From the human T2T-CHM13v2.0 reference genome, Homo sapiens, in assembly GCF_009914755.1 (NCBI RefSeq), contig NC_060944.1: 64,000 nucleotides of DNA. One strand, given 5' to 3'. Below are positions 1-14,529 of the stretch, in pieces. The translations under genes and the position numbers were made by a program. Below the pieces are notes generated by a model. The model made no database searches. It was not told where the DNA came from and was given only the letters and a program-made list of their open reading frames with translations. Every line of letters starts with the position of its first letter. Within the stretch, counting starts at the first letter, position 1.

Positions 1-182
1 CCAATACCACTTTACTTCTGGACACTGAAATCTGGCTTTCATGTAATTCTCACATATCATGAAATACTATTCTTTAATTTTTTCCAACCATTTAAAAATG
101 TAAAAACAATTCTTAGCTTGCAGACTTTACAAAAACAGGCCACAGGATGCATTTGGCCTGTGGGTCACAGTTTGCCACCCTG
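1..182 (+). mobile_element. MER58B-like hAT-Charlie MITE, 3' half
   Basis: ggacactgaaat...aaccatttaaaaatgtaaaaac...cagtttgccaccctg terminal repeat. Confidence 0.75.
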
Positions 183-1989
183 ATTTAAGGGGTTGTTAAC
201 AAACATGAGACCCTCTGAGTTACTGAATCAATCTCAGCATCACGAGGTCTCAGCATTCTGGGGAGAAAGCAGAGCTGGTGTCCGGCTGTGTCTGGACTCC
301 CCCTGAATCCGCCAGGTGGCCAGTCTCCAGAATGCCTGTCCTTCCACAGAAATGCTATCCCTTTCCGTTCTCCAAGTTTGGAGTCTGAGCCCTTTGAGGA
401 AGGGTCCTCCTTCTTCATCCTGATGTCCCCAGCGTTCGACACAGAGTCCAGTACCAAGCAGGTACTCAAACCACATTAGTGGAGAAAAGCAACCCAGGAA
501 CATATGAAAGACACAGCATCTTTTGTGTGGTTCTCAAGCCAGTCTCTAATATCGTTAATGCATTTGATAAGATAAAATCATTACTTACTAGCAAAATGAA
601 TAATTAGCCATTTCTCAAAACCTAGTAGGATAGGCAAGAAGGAGGAAGACAGGGAGCTATGTGTACATAAGAGTGATATGTCTAAGTGACTTCTTGAAAT
701 ACAGAGCCCATTGTCCCCACTCTGCAGTGGAAATCCATCGATTTCCAAATGAGTTGAGGCCATTTCCTGACAGTTGGGAGGAAAGGGGCCAAACCGTTGG
801 GCTCCTATTCGTCTTCAGCATTTTACAATTAAGAGCTGGCCTTGTTTAAAGCCCAACCTGTCATTACTGTTAATATTGAGATCGGACACTTTGATCCGAA
901 TGGAACCTGACTGCCTGATACAACCCAAAGTTAAGCTGCTTCCAAACGTATCTTTCACTCTGTATATCATCCTAGCTGGCTGATGTCTGTTTCAACTGAG
1001 CAGTGGGGTGATCTCACGATGGTGCAATGGAGAACTGATGTTGCATGAACTTTTCTGCTGTTGTTTCTTTTCCAACTGACAGCTTAGCCCTGCACCCTAG
1101 GCCAGCCTATTCTTCTCGTAGAGACGGTCACTGATTCCCTCTCTTCTGATTAGCCTGGGCAATGATTGGGATAATTTAGGACGTGCACTGTTTGATCATC
1201 TGTACACTTACAACAAATAAAACATTTTAATATGAGCAGTCACTGCATGTTTACTGTATCATATTGCTGAGAGCTGAACAAATGCCAAACGCTATAACAG
1301 AAGGGGGGATGTGAACTCCAGAATGATGACACTAATAAGGAAATTACAAAAGGCCCAACAAATGGCATTTATGTTAAATCAATAATGCTCTGTTTGTTTT
1401 TTTTAATTCTAATCTTTCTTCAGAAAAAAAAAATTATCTTTCTAAACAGTTGGCGATTCCTATTCTTGTTCGTCTTCCTGAACATAATTAAAAACATGTT
1501 GTGGCGCCTACTTAAGACATCAACTTTCCCAAGGCTGTCTTGTCCACTGTGTTTTAAACAAAGACACTTGTTTTGGCATTGTGCCCTTAATTAATCATTT
1601 GAGGCTTTATTGCTGTACCAAAAAAAAAAAGTGTCTTTGTTTAATGATTCATCACAAGCCCAATTTCTGCAGAACTTAATCAAATACAGAACCAACTTTC
1701 TAATCAGCTTGAATATTAAAAAAATTGATGTAGTCCTTGTTTTCAGGATGTTGTTTGATAAAAGAAATATTGGTATGTGACACTCTGTTCATATTGGCTT
1801 TCTTTCATGGAATTCTTTCATGAAGATGAGATGAACGCTTTGCTTTTGGAGTCGAGAATGGAAGTCCATTGTTGATTGAGAAAATAGAAACTTTGACAGC
1901 CCAGTGAATGTCATTTAGCATCTGGGCCTTGCAGAGCTGGGGACAAAGCCTTGAAAAAGGTCTTCAGAATTCACATCTTTGTTTTCTTT

Positions 1990-2355
<366 letters not shown>

Positions 2356-2743
2356 TGAAGGTGACTCTGGGACATGCTGACCGCAGCTACCCTCCCTGAC
2401 TTACCACTTACATAGATCAGGCCATGGGCTCTCCCCTACTTTCACTCAGCCTTCAAACCACCAGCTCCACCAGCTTCCTCATCAAACTTGCTTTCTCCAG
2501 GCACATCCCTGAGCAGAATTCACTTAAAAGTTACTGATGTAAGAAAAAACAGAGCAAATCAAGGCACCTGTAAGTTATGCCAAGGCACCTGTAAGTTATG
2601 AAAAAGGTCTCAGTACGATAACAAAATCGGTGGAGGAGGAGGCATAGCATTTGAATTAAATCAACTTACAAAACACATAACTCTCTGGGCTTGGCATACA
2701 TAACAACCTAAGAAGAAGTTTGGGAATTCTGTTATTATCGTCA

Positions 2744-2744
<1 letters not shown>

Positions 2745-2793
<49 letters not shown>
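2745..2793. repeat. (ATT)n microsatellite
   Basis: about 16 uninterrupted ATT units. Confidence 0.95.
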
Positions 2794-2845
2794 GCTGTGT
2801 TATATTTATGAAAATGTAAAATCCATGGTATTGATCATAAGCACC

Positions 2846-3255
<410 letters not shown>

Positions 3256-3569
3256 TAACTGTGAACCATGTTCAGCATTTTGGGGGTATCTTCTTCTATA
3301 AGACGGGAAGTGGGGCCTTCATGTCACAGAAGAGTGAGTGGAGGCTACGTTTGACCTGAAGTTTTTCTACAGCTAGGACCATGGCCTTGGCCTCCCTCAA
3401 CCTTCCTGACATGATGTGGAGTCCCAGGGGCCTCCAGTCTCAACTCATCCCAGACTTGGCATGAACTTATGTAAAGGGAGAAAACTGTGAGCACTTCCCT
3501 AAAATCTAAGGGCAGCCTGCGGACTCTGGGTCTCCAAGTGAGCTCCATGTCTTGGCCTGGGGCAATTAG

Positions 3570-4115
3570 GAAACAGTGGTTAAGAGCAGAGCTTTAGAAT
3601 CTGACAGACCTGGCCTCAAATCCCAACTCCTACTGTGAGCCCCTAGGACACTTAACATAAGCTCTCTGAACCTGTTTCCTCACCTTAAAAAAAGTAACTT
3701 AAGAGTACCTAAGGCTGAGGATGATGGCTCACATCTGTAATCCCAGCACTTCGAGAGGCTAAATTGGGAGGACTGCTCAAGGCCAGGAGTTTGAGACCAA
3801 CCTGGGCAACATAGTGAGACCTCGTCTCTATAAAAAACTTAAAAATTGGACAGGTAGGTTGGCACGTGCATGTAATCCCAGCTGCATGGGAGGCTGAGGC
3901 AAGAGGATATCTTCAGCCTAGGAAGTCAAGGCTGCAGTGAGCTCTGTTCAAGCTACTGCACTTAAGCCAGGATGACAGAGCAAGACCCTGCCTCAAAAAA
4001 TAAAATAAAATAAAAAAAAGAGTACCTATCTCATAGATGGAATTAAATTAGCCTATTCAAGCAAGAACATTTAACAAAGAGTCCCACACATAATGAGCAT
4101 TAAATAAATGTTAAA
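3570..4115 (+). mobile_element. MIR interrupted by an AluJ
   Basis: cagtggttaagagc...tcaaatccc...ctgtttcctc, resumes after the Alu. Confidence 0.65.
3713..4017 (+). mobile_element. AluJ
   Basis: Alu dimer; TSD AAGAGTACCTA at 3701-3711 and 4018-4028. Confidence 0.9.
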
Positions 4116-4561
4116 ACATGCATACATGTTGAATAGGCATGTTGCCTGAAGGGTGATCAAAGCATCATTTTCTTTCTTTCTTTCTTTCAATTCTGTTCAG
4201 AGGGAATAAACATTCCCCTCCCTTGAATAAGACTTCAGGCAACTCATGACTTTTCTGCTCACTCTTAGCAGGGACGAGCCCATGGTCCCATTAAGACTCA
4301 GTTCACAGATCCAATTCAGAGTCAGAAAAGTCAGGTTAACACGTCCGGTCCTGCTCTGGGCTGGAGGCACCCAGTGGGAAATTGGAGAAGGGCTCGATTC
4401 TTCTCTATGGCTGCTCCTCTGGTCTCCTCCCCAGCCTGCTGACAATAGCTTCAGGATAGTTAGAAAAGGGAATGGGACAAGAAAGGTCCCAGCCCTGGAG
4501 CAAGGCTACTGGTTCCCAGCCTGTGTGCTCCAGGAGAATGATCAAAGCTGACCCATTGTTG

Positions 4562-4692
4562 GTTTTGTTTTTATTGTGGTAAATTACACATAGGATAAAA
4601 TTTACGCTTTTAACCATTTTTAAGTGTACAGTTCTGTGGCTTTAAGTGAATACAAACTGTTCCACAACCATCACCACCATCCATCTCCAGGG
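4562..4692 (-). mobile_element. old L1M 3' end fragment
   Basis: ttttattgtggtaaa...aaccatttttaagtgtacag...caaccatcaccaccatccatctccag. Confidence 0.7.
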
Positions 4693-5160
4693 AAACAAGC
4701 TAACTCTTGATTTCTGGGCACTCACGGGTTCTGTGGACGGTTCCCTCTGGGCCGCCACTTATGAAGTTCCCTGCTCCGGGCAGAGGCCTCCGTCTCTCAG
4801 GGGGTGCACAGTGACTCTCCACGCTGCTTCCAAATGTCAAGGGTCCACCTTCAGCCCCTGACTAAGGGACAGCCTCATTAAACACGCCTCAGCACCACCA
4901 CCCACAGGCTCTCTCCCCTGCAGGGCCTGTAACAATCACTCCCCACTCCTTCCCTAAACAAACTGTCAGAGGTCAGCTGATCCAAGCAAGCGGATTCCTC
5001 CTGAAACCCATGGGAGCAGCTAGAAGCCTTCTGTTTCTGGAAAGACCTCCGATCCCAGTCCTCAGGTTGGAGCTAGGGACCAGGGCTCTCTGGCTCCCTG
5101 GCAGGCCTCGACATCTTCTTAACCCACCCCCGGTATTCCTGTCCCAACAATACTCGGGTT

Positions 5161-5540
5161 TGTCTTGGCTCAGGTTCCCCCAGAAGCCTCCTCTAAAACA
5201 AGGATTCCTGATCCCAGGAACCCCCAATAGGGGAGAGCGGAAGAGGGACAGGGAGGGGAAGAGCAGCTGATCATGCACGATGTCATCGTGGGTAACTGGC
5301 CCTTGATCCTTTAGAGTTCTGGGAGCAGATGTAGAACATAGTCCTCAGAGAGAGCTGGGGTGTTTACAAACCAACTCCCGCTGATCGGTGGCTGACCGTG
5401 GCAAGGCGCGGAAGTGAGGGGGAAGGAGGCCAGGTGGAGGGATTTCACTTTCAGTCACTTTGCTGCAGATGTCTCCGCCAGTGGGCGCTGGCTGCCAGAG
5501 AAAGTCCCCAGACAAAGGATGCAGGTGCTGGACTTAGAAA
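5161..5540 (-). mobile_element. LTR16-like (ERVL) LTR relic
   Basis: ggttcccccagaagc...acaaggattc...gatcccaggaa...gagctggggtgtttac...ccagagaaag. Confidence 0.55.
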
Positions 5541-5551
5541 TCCTGCAGTGT

Positions 5552-5617
5552 GGCCAGGTGCGGTGGTGCACGCCTGAATCCCAGCACTTTGCGGGGCCAG
5601 CGGGAGATCACGTGAGC
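5552..5617 (+). mobile_element. Alu 5' fragment
   Basis: ggccaggtgcggtgg...cccagcacttt. Confidence 0.75.
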
Positions 5618-5624
5618 TACTAGC

Positions 5625-5815
5625 TTTGAATCTTAGTTCTACCACTTGCAAGTTGTGTGATGTCGGGGAAGTCGCTTCACTTCCCTGGCTCAGTTTCCCC
5701 ATCTGATAAATGGGACTACTGAAGTATCTATTTCATATGGTGGGTAGGAGATGACATGAGTTAATATGGGTAAAGCACTTAGAGAATGTTTGACACATAG
5801 CAAGGACTACTCCAT
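5625..5815 (+). mobile_element. MIR
   Basis: ctcagtttccccatctgataaatggg core, gtaaagcacttaga. Confidence 0.75.
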
Positions 5816-6049
5816 TGTGAAGTATTTTCCATCCATTGGAATTGCATAAGCACATTTTAGTTTTCTATGCCAGGAGACCCAGTGCAGCCTTTCAAACTAA
5901 TGAAGGAAATTCTTCTATGCTGATACAGAGCAATTGCAAGAGTTATTACTTAGTGGAAATACCAAGTGTCTATAGTATTCACCTTTGTGTTAAAAATAAT
6001 ATCTACATTATATCCAAAAAAGTTCTTAAAAATAATATTAATATAGCCA

Positions 6050-6325
6050 GTAATCCCAGTACTTTGGGAGGCCAAGGCAGGAGGATCACTTGAGTCCAAG
6101 AGTTGGAGACCAGCCTGGGCAACATGGCAAAACCCCATCTCTACTAAAACTACAAAATTAGCTGAGCATAGTGGCACATGCCTGTAGTCCCAGCTATTTG
6201 GACTTGAGCCTGAGAGGTCAAGGCTGCAGTGAGCCAAGATCATGCCACTGCACTTCAGCCTGGGTGACAGAGCAAGACCTTATCTCAAAAAATAAAAATA
6301 GAAATAAAATTTAAAAAATTTAAAA
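6050..6325 (+). mobile_element. AluJ, 5' truncated
   Basis: starts at gtaatcccag; gaggtcaaggctgcagtgagc. Confidence 0.9.
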
Positions 6326-6503
6326 AGAATAATATATACATATACACACACTCATGTTTATGTAGAGAACATTTCTGGAAAGATCAGAAATGAGCCCTCG
6401 GGTTACAGGGGTACTTTATATTTTTGTAGTGTTTGACTTTTTACTAAGTTCTTGTACTGTTTTTTCCCAGGAAAACTTTTATTTAAAAGAATAAGCCAGT
6501 ACT

Positions 6504-6853
6504 GGCTCAACATAGTGGCTCACACCTGTAATCCCAGCACTTTGGGAGGCCAACGCAGAAGGATTGCTTGAGCCCAGGAGTTTGAGACCAGCCTAGACAA
6601 TATAGCCAGACCCCATCTCTACCAAAAAATAAAAGGATTAGCCAGGCGTGGTGGCACACACATGTAGTTCCAGCTACTCGAGAGGCTGAGGTAGGAGGAT
6701 CACTTGAGCCCAGGAGTTCAAGGCTACAGGCATGGATGGCATGACTCTTTTGCCAGCAGCCTGCCAGGAGCTAAGATCATACCACTGCACTTCAGCCTGG
6801 GCAATAGAGCAAGACCCTATCTCTTAAAAAAAATTTTATTTAATTAAAAAATG
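6504..6853 (+). mobile_element. AluJ with 38-bp foreign insert
   Basis: Alu dimer; TSD AAAAGAAYAAGCCAGKACT. Confidence 0.9.
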
Positions 6854-6984
6854 AAAAGAACAAGCCAGGACTATTCTCAGTGGTTTAATAGCACTAGACT
6901 TAAACCAAGGGCTCACGCAAGCACATTTCCATGTGAATCTTGCTGATTTTCTTGTTAATAAAGCTGCTGAGCTTGGTGAAGTGA

Positions 6985-7190
6985 CCAGAGTGACCAGGCT
7001 CCTGAGTGGGCAGACCTGGGTCTGCCGCCTTCCAGCCACGTGACCTAAGATAAGCCATGTCACTGTCTGCACCTCATTCTTTTTTCAGATGGACAAGAAC
7101 AGCTTCTTCAGGGTTTTTAGAGGATTGATTGAGATAATGTTTGTAAAATGCTGAGGACAGGGCCTGTCATATATAAATAGGGGTTATTAT
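6985..7190 (+). mobile_element. MIR
   Basis: cagacctgggt...gtgacct...cctcattc...gaggattgattgagataatg. Confidence 0.65.
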
Positions 7191-7826
7191 TATACACGGT
7201 GGCTGATTTCTAACTGCGAGCTTTACAAAGGTGGCAGCGAATCAAGATAGTCACTATTGTCATTTATGCAAATTAAGAAGACAACACCTAGAAAAGAAAA
7301 TATCTTTCCCCTCTCTCTTTCATTTGCCTTTAACATACTCCATTATTGAAAACCCTTAAGGCTTCTGTTGAAAACTTACACAATCAACACATTAAAAATC
7401 AGCAAAATGCCAGGTTGGCTATTGTCTAAGATTCATCTTTGTAGTCTAATGAATGTCTTAAGAAATGCCAGTGGGAGAAAAAAATTAAATATGCAATGAT
7501 AAAATGATCAGTACAGTTGATTCCAGAGAAGCAGGCACTGTAGCTCCTATCGCTCTGCTCTCCACTGGGGCCCCAGGCCCCTCATTGCCCCCTACAGTCT
7601 CTGCTCCTTCCTCTGCTCCCCACCCCTTCTTCCTCTTCCTCCAGGCACCCCATGCACCCCACACACACAGCCTCCTACTCTACAGGCCTCCCAAATAGCA
7701 CACTCTTACTATCCTAAAACTATTACAGATAATTTACCTACCTGTACTTGCCTATGCAGCTGCCCCCAAATCTGTATAATATCCTAACCCCATAATATAA
7801 ATAGTAAACAAAAAGAAAGTTTATTA

Positions 7827-8147
7827 TAGTAAAACGTGATGTATGTGTGTATATACATATTATATATGTGTGTGTGCATGTGTGTATATATGTGTGTACA
7901 CATGTTCATGCCTGTGTACTATATATGTGTATGTGTAGTAAAACATTATATATGTGTATATACATCTATGTATGTGCATGTGTGTATGTGTGCACGTGTG
8001 CATGCTTGTGTACTTTATATGTATATGTGTAGTGAAACATGATATATGTGTGTATATACATATTATATATGTGTGTGCCTGTGTGTATATATGTGTATGC
8101 ACACATGCATGCTTGTGTACTATAAATGTATGTGTGTGTGTAGATAT

Positions 8148-8179
<32 letters not shown>

Positions 8180-8180
8180 G
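7827..8180. repeat. compound (TG/TA/CA)n repeat with three ~100-bp higher-order units
   Basis: units start TAGTRAAAC at 7827, 7936, 8030; ends in (CA)n. Confidence 0.9.
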
Positions 8181-8857
8181 CATGACAGTGTTAGGAGACG
8201 TAAGAGGAAGTCTAGATTTAAGAAGGTAATATTTAATGTACTGTTATTTCCCCCTTTTCTTTATATTGACATTTTGAAACAAAAGCTAAATAATGCCTGT
8301 GTATAGATGTGTGTATATGTACATCCTGGTGAATCCGGTAACTGTCAGGAGGGTCATGGAGCTAGAAAAGAAGGGTTTCAGTGGGGACTAACGCAGTCAG
8401 CTCTGCAATTTAGGAGGGTTGCTCTGGCACCCACGTGAAGGGCAGGTGGGTGGTGGAGACGAGTGGAGGCAGAGAGGCCATGTGAGGCCACTGCCATGCT
8501 GGGCAACTACAGCAAGGATTAGAGGGAGATGAGAGAGAAAGGCTCACAGTGGGCAGAACACAGACCCCAGAGGGCGATTTGGGTGTTAGGTACAGGTCTT
8601 AGCGGTCATCAGGATGAAGGCGGTGGGAAGTGGAGCAACAGAGATCCAAATATGGAAAGAGCACGTGCTGATACCAGAGGCACTGGAAATAATAGCAATA
8701 TCCGAAAGTCTGCTCACCCTGCGTCATTCCTTCAGACAGTAGTCGGGCTCTATTCACTTGTTAGTTTTCCCACAGGGCTGTGAGCTTGAGAGCTAGTTCT
8801 TCGCCCTTTCTAATCTCTGTAGCCTCTACCAGGAAAAAGGGTATCAGCATGCCAGGA

Positions 8858-9036
8858 CCAGTGGGCTAAATCCTACCCAGCACCTGCTATAAAGTTTCAG
8901 GGCACAGTCACACCCATCGTTTACATATTGCTGCCTTAACTCTGCAATGGCTTAGTTGAGTACCTGTTACAGAAACCCTATGGCCTGCAGATCCAAAAAT
9001 GTTTACCATTTGACCTTTTAAGAAACTGCCAACCCC
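8858..9036 (-). mobile_element. MER58A-like MITE
   Basis: acagtcacacccatcgtttacatattg...tatggcctgca...tttaccatttgacc. Confidence 0.7.
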
Positions 9037-9322
9037 ATGATCTCCCATCATGCTGAGAACATAGTAGATGTCCCACAAATATTTACTTAGTGTGTAAATG
9101 CAAATCATAACAACAGGACTTCTTTTCGTCACATAGAGAAATAATCCATTGATTCTGTTTTGACTGGCACACCCCTTGGATTGCATCCCCAAATGTGAAC
9201 CTCTTTTTTCCCAAGTCATTCATTCTCCCATTTGGTTCAATCCTTTGGAGAATTAATTCTTGAAAAAGGCTGATCTCAGGGGAGCCCCTGAAGACAGAAG
9301 ACTAAAAGTTTTGGAATAGAAA

Positions 9323-9500
9323 ATGTTTTCTCAACCTTGGCACTACTGACATTGTAGGCAGACTTGTTCTCTTGTGGGAGGCTGTCCTGTGCATTGTAGA
9401 ATGCTGAGCAGCAGTGCTGGCCTGCACCCTCCCTCCTCCCCTGCATGACTCTCAAAGCTGTCTCCTAGGAGCCAAAGACTCCTTCCAGTAGAAAACCATG
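9323..9500 (-). mobile_element. MER20 (internally deleted)
   Basis: ttctcaaccttggcactactgacatt...ggctgtcctgtgcattgtagaatg. Confidence 0.75.
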
Positions 9501-9526
9501 ACTCTAGAGAGAGAAACTGTAGGTAA

Positions 9527-9961
<435 letters not shown>

Positions 9962-10214
9962 TAGAATAACGTGATAGGAATTTGCACAGCCTCCCTTCAT
10001 AACCTATTCTAATCACTCAACTCAGCCTATCAGAAAATTTCTGATGTCTAACCTAATTCCTGCTTGCTGCATTTGCTTCTCTTTTTTTTCTTATCCTATC
10101 TTCAACAAAAACTAAAAAATAGGGATGAGCTGGTATAGATGCTTGCCATAATAATCCTCCTTCTATGGCAGTCTCTTTACAAAGAAATCTGGAGAATACA
10201 TAATAAAAGTAATC

Positions 10215-10510
10215 ACTCATTCAGCAAACACTGAGGACCTCCTCAGCTGGTCCTGCTTTGAGTGCTAGAGACACAGCAAGGAACAAGAGTGAGCAGGGCT
10301 CTGAGCTCACAGAGCTACATTCTAGTAAAAGGAGCAAATCATCAAATAAACAAAACAAGATAATAGCACTTATTAATGAGTGTTTGACGCCATAAGAGTG
10401 GCTGTGGCTGAGGTTGGAGGGGACCCTTAGCTAGGATGGTAAGGAAAGGTCTTGCTATGGAGGGAATATTTAAGCAGAGGTCTATATGATTCAAAACAGC
10501 CTGCTGAGAG
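10215..10510 (-). mobile_element. L2 3' fragment
   Basis: cactcattcagcaaacactgag...gagctacattctag. Confidence 0.6.
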
Positions 10511-10712
10511 AGTAAAGGGGAGAAATATCTGCTTTCCATGTGTTCCCCATTCCAGGTTTTCCATCTAAAATGGGTGTGGGATCCTACTACTTCCCAAGGT
10601 TCCCTTTTTTCTGATGGGAAGGAAAGAAGCCTCTACGTGGTCCTGGATTCTCTGAGCAGCTTCAAAAAACAGCCCTCTTGATTAGCCTGATGCAGCCTGA
10701 GGATGTCATAGG

Positions 10713-11058
10713 CGTATTAGTCTGTTTTCACACTGCCGATAAGGATATACCCGAGGCTGGGCAACTTACAAAAGAAAGAGAGATTTATTGGACTTCCAGT
10801 TTCACATGGCTGGTGACACCTCACAATCATGGCAGACAGTGAAAGGCACGTCTCACATGGCGACAGACGAGAAGAGAGCTTGTGCGAGGAAACTCCCCTT
10901 CTTATAACCATCAGATCTCGTGAGACCTATTCACTAACACGACAACAGCACAGGAAAGACCTGCCCCCATGATCCAATTACCACCCCCCAGGTCCTTCCC
11001 ACAACATGTAGGAATTCAAGATGAGATTTAGGTGGGGACACAGAGTCAAACCGTATCA
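10713..11058 (-). mobile_element. THE1 (MaLR) solo LTR
   Basis: 346 bp, gtattagtc...ccgtatca; perfect 5-bp TSD ATAGG (10708-10712, 11059-11063). Confidence 0.92.
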
Positions 11059-11749
11059 ATAGGGATTTCCTAAATGAGAAGAGTCCATGCCAAAAGTTAG
11101 AGACTCCCAGGTTCTCAATAAGATCAACCTGAACCTGAAGTACTCTCCTCCCCACTCGCTCCCAGCTCAGTCCAGGCCGCCAAAGGCCTAACACTAAGGC
11201 AGGCCACCCAGACAGGTGTGATCATAGCTAGGATGGTGTTTGGGTGGGGGAGACCCTCTGACTAACTCCTCTAAAGCCAAAATGTAAACATCCGGGTTCA
11301 TCCCTCTCTCTCCTCCAGCCTCCTCCACTCAGCTCCTGTCTGTCTTTCAAAGTTCAAGCCATCCTGTGCAATGAAGCAGCTCTTGTTGGGTGAATTAACA
11401 ACATGAGGAAAAGCTAGATCCATCGGGAAGTTGGCGCTAATTGTTAGATCTAAGAGGAAAAAAGCAACTGTCTCAGCATTAAGCCGCTTTGTGGACCAGG
11501 TTGTTTTGTTCTACTTGTGACTCGGGCTCCCCGTCAAACCGCCTCAGACACATGGCAGGTGTCACTCAGACCCTTCTCACTCACTAGGGTCCTGCAGACA
11601 TTAGCTCACATCTGGGCTACTTTTACTAACAGCCAGACGTTGGGGAAGCCACTTACACTCTTTGGACTTTCATCTTTTTATCTTCAAAATGGAAGGATCT
11701 CCTTTGGAGGGTTGCTATGAGGATGAGAGATAAGGTATGTGTTAATAAT

Positions 11750-12000
11750 AATAATAATGCCATCATGCAGTGAGTTTCTGCTATGGGTTAGACACTGTGC
11801 TAAACTCTTTACACAAATATCTCATGCTCACAACAGCCCTAAGTGGAGGGTCCATTATCACTAGCTCCATTTTACAGGTAAGAAAGGTGAGGTATAGACA
11901 TTAAACACCATGCCTAAGTTTGCCCACTCTATAAAGAGCAAAGCCAATATTTGAACTGAGGTTTATTAGACTCCAGAGCAGGAGGTCTTAACCACAGGCC
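11750..12000 (-). mobile_element. MIR
   Basis: cacaacagccct...ccattttacagg...tttgaact...gactccagagc. Confidence 0.7.
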
Positions 12001-12354
12001 CCTTCCACAGCGGGCAGTCAATAACAAATAGTCTTCATTGCATTATAGCTATGACCACTGGGAGAATCAGAGTCAACAAGTGGCACTACTCTAACCACCC
12101 TCACTCCTGACAAACACGGGACATGTGAGAGATCTGTGGCCACCTTGCTGGGGCAGAAGGGGCAGCTCATTCTGTTAAGGGACACTGATGTCACCTATTG
12201 ATGTACAGTGTCCCAGGGCCTGCATGACACCACGCTGCCGATCTCCTAATACGTCCTGCTGAGCCAGGCAGCTGACATAATTATGCAAGGACCATCTGTC
12301 ACTTAGCCCCTCTCTGTCTCTCTGCACCGTATATAAAGCAGGAATTCAGAAATT

Positions 12355-12730
12355 TAGTCATTCACTGTTCAACTAACCTTCACTAAATGTCCACTAAGTG
12401 CCAGGCACTGCTCTATACAGAAGTCTACAGATGGACGTAAATGCTGCACTCCTGGTGTTCACACTGGAAGGAAAGAGTCCAGAAAGTAAAATAGATAATA
12501 TGTTTAGAACACAGAAAGAATCAAATGCCTATGGTGGCAGGGTGGGAAAACAGGGAAGGCCAGGTACAGGGAGGATGCTCAGTTCAAAACAGAGTGGTCA
12601 GGGAAGGCGTCTCAGAGAAGGCGGAAAAGGTGTGTCAGCCGGGCATGCAGATATCTAGGAAAGGACATTCCAGACAGAGGAAAACAGCAAAAGCAATCAA
12701 TGACCCAGAGGTGAATTTGGATTGTTAGAG
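12355..12730 (-). mobile_element. L2 fragment
   Basis: gtgccaggcactgctcta...gtcagggaaggc...cattccagacagaggaaaacagc. Confidence 0.65.
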
Positions 12731-12732
12731 AA

Positions 12733-13362
12733 AAGTTTCACAAATTTCATTCCTGGAACACCAAGCTCATAAGACATTCATTGAAAAAAAGTGGGCCAGG
12801 CGCGGTGGCTCACGCCTGTAATCCCAGCACATGAGGCCAAAGCGGGCAGATCACGAGGCCAGGAGATCGAGACCATCCTGGCTAACACGGTGAAACCCCA
12901 TCTCTACTAAAAATACAAAAAATTAGCCGGGCTTAGTGGCGGGCGCCTGTAGTCCCAGCTACTTGGGACTACTGGGAGTAGTAGTCCTGAGGCAGGAGAG
13001 TGGGAGGCTGAGGCAGGAGAATGGCGTGAACCCAGGAGGCAGAGCTTGCAGTGAGCCGAGATTGTGCCACTGCACTCTAGCCTGGGCGACAGAGCAAGAC
13101 TCTGTCTCAAAAACAAAAAAGAAAAAGTGTGTGGGGTCCAATAAATTTTTGTTAATGCCTCATGCTGTACACCCCACTTTTGGAGTTTGTGTTACCCATT
13201 AGCATAAAAAGGGACAGAAGATGGGAAGTCTTGCAGTAAAGTCTTGCTCAGCTCAGGCTCACTCACTCAAACATATTTGACTACACAGACATTTCTTCAC
13301 ATAACACCTGATGGTATCTCACAGAGCTACGTTTCAATGGAAACCAATCTGGGAAACTTTGG
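12733..13362. mobile_element. hAT-Charlie-type MITE relic hosting an AluY
   Basis: degenerate TIR-like ends gtttcacaaa...tgggaaactttg; family uncertain. Confidence 0.4.
12794..13120 (+). mobile_element. AluY with 37-bp templated insertion
   Basis: gagatcgagaccatcctggctaacacgg, gaatggcgtgaacc; TSD AAAAAGTG. Confidence 0.95.
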
Positions 13363-13536
13363 CATAAACTCAGGACCCTTTCCCTAATACAGTTTCTTGA
13401 TTCTCTGTCCCGCATTGGGTCATTCAGCAAACGCTCACTGAGCAGCCTCTTACTAAATGAGAGACACTGAGCTAGATTTGGCTGGAGATGGAGCAGAGAA
13501 TAAGACTCACTGACTCCATCTAAAAAGTCATGGCCA

Positions 13537-14529
<993 letters not shown>

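Noticed and set aside
7836-8306. Cluster of C/V/Y/H/T-rich ORFs
   Set aside because: Dinucleotide repeat translations
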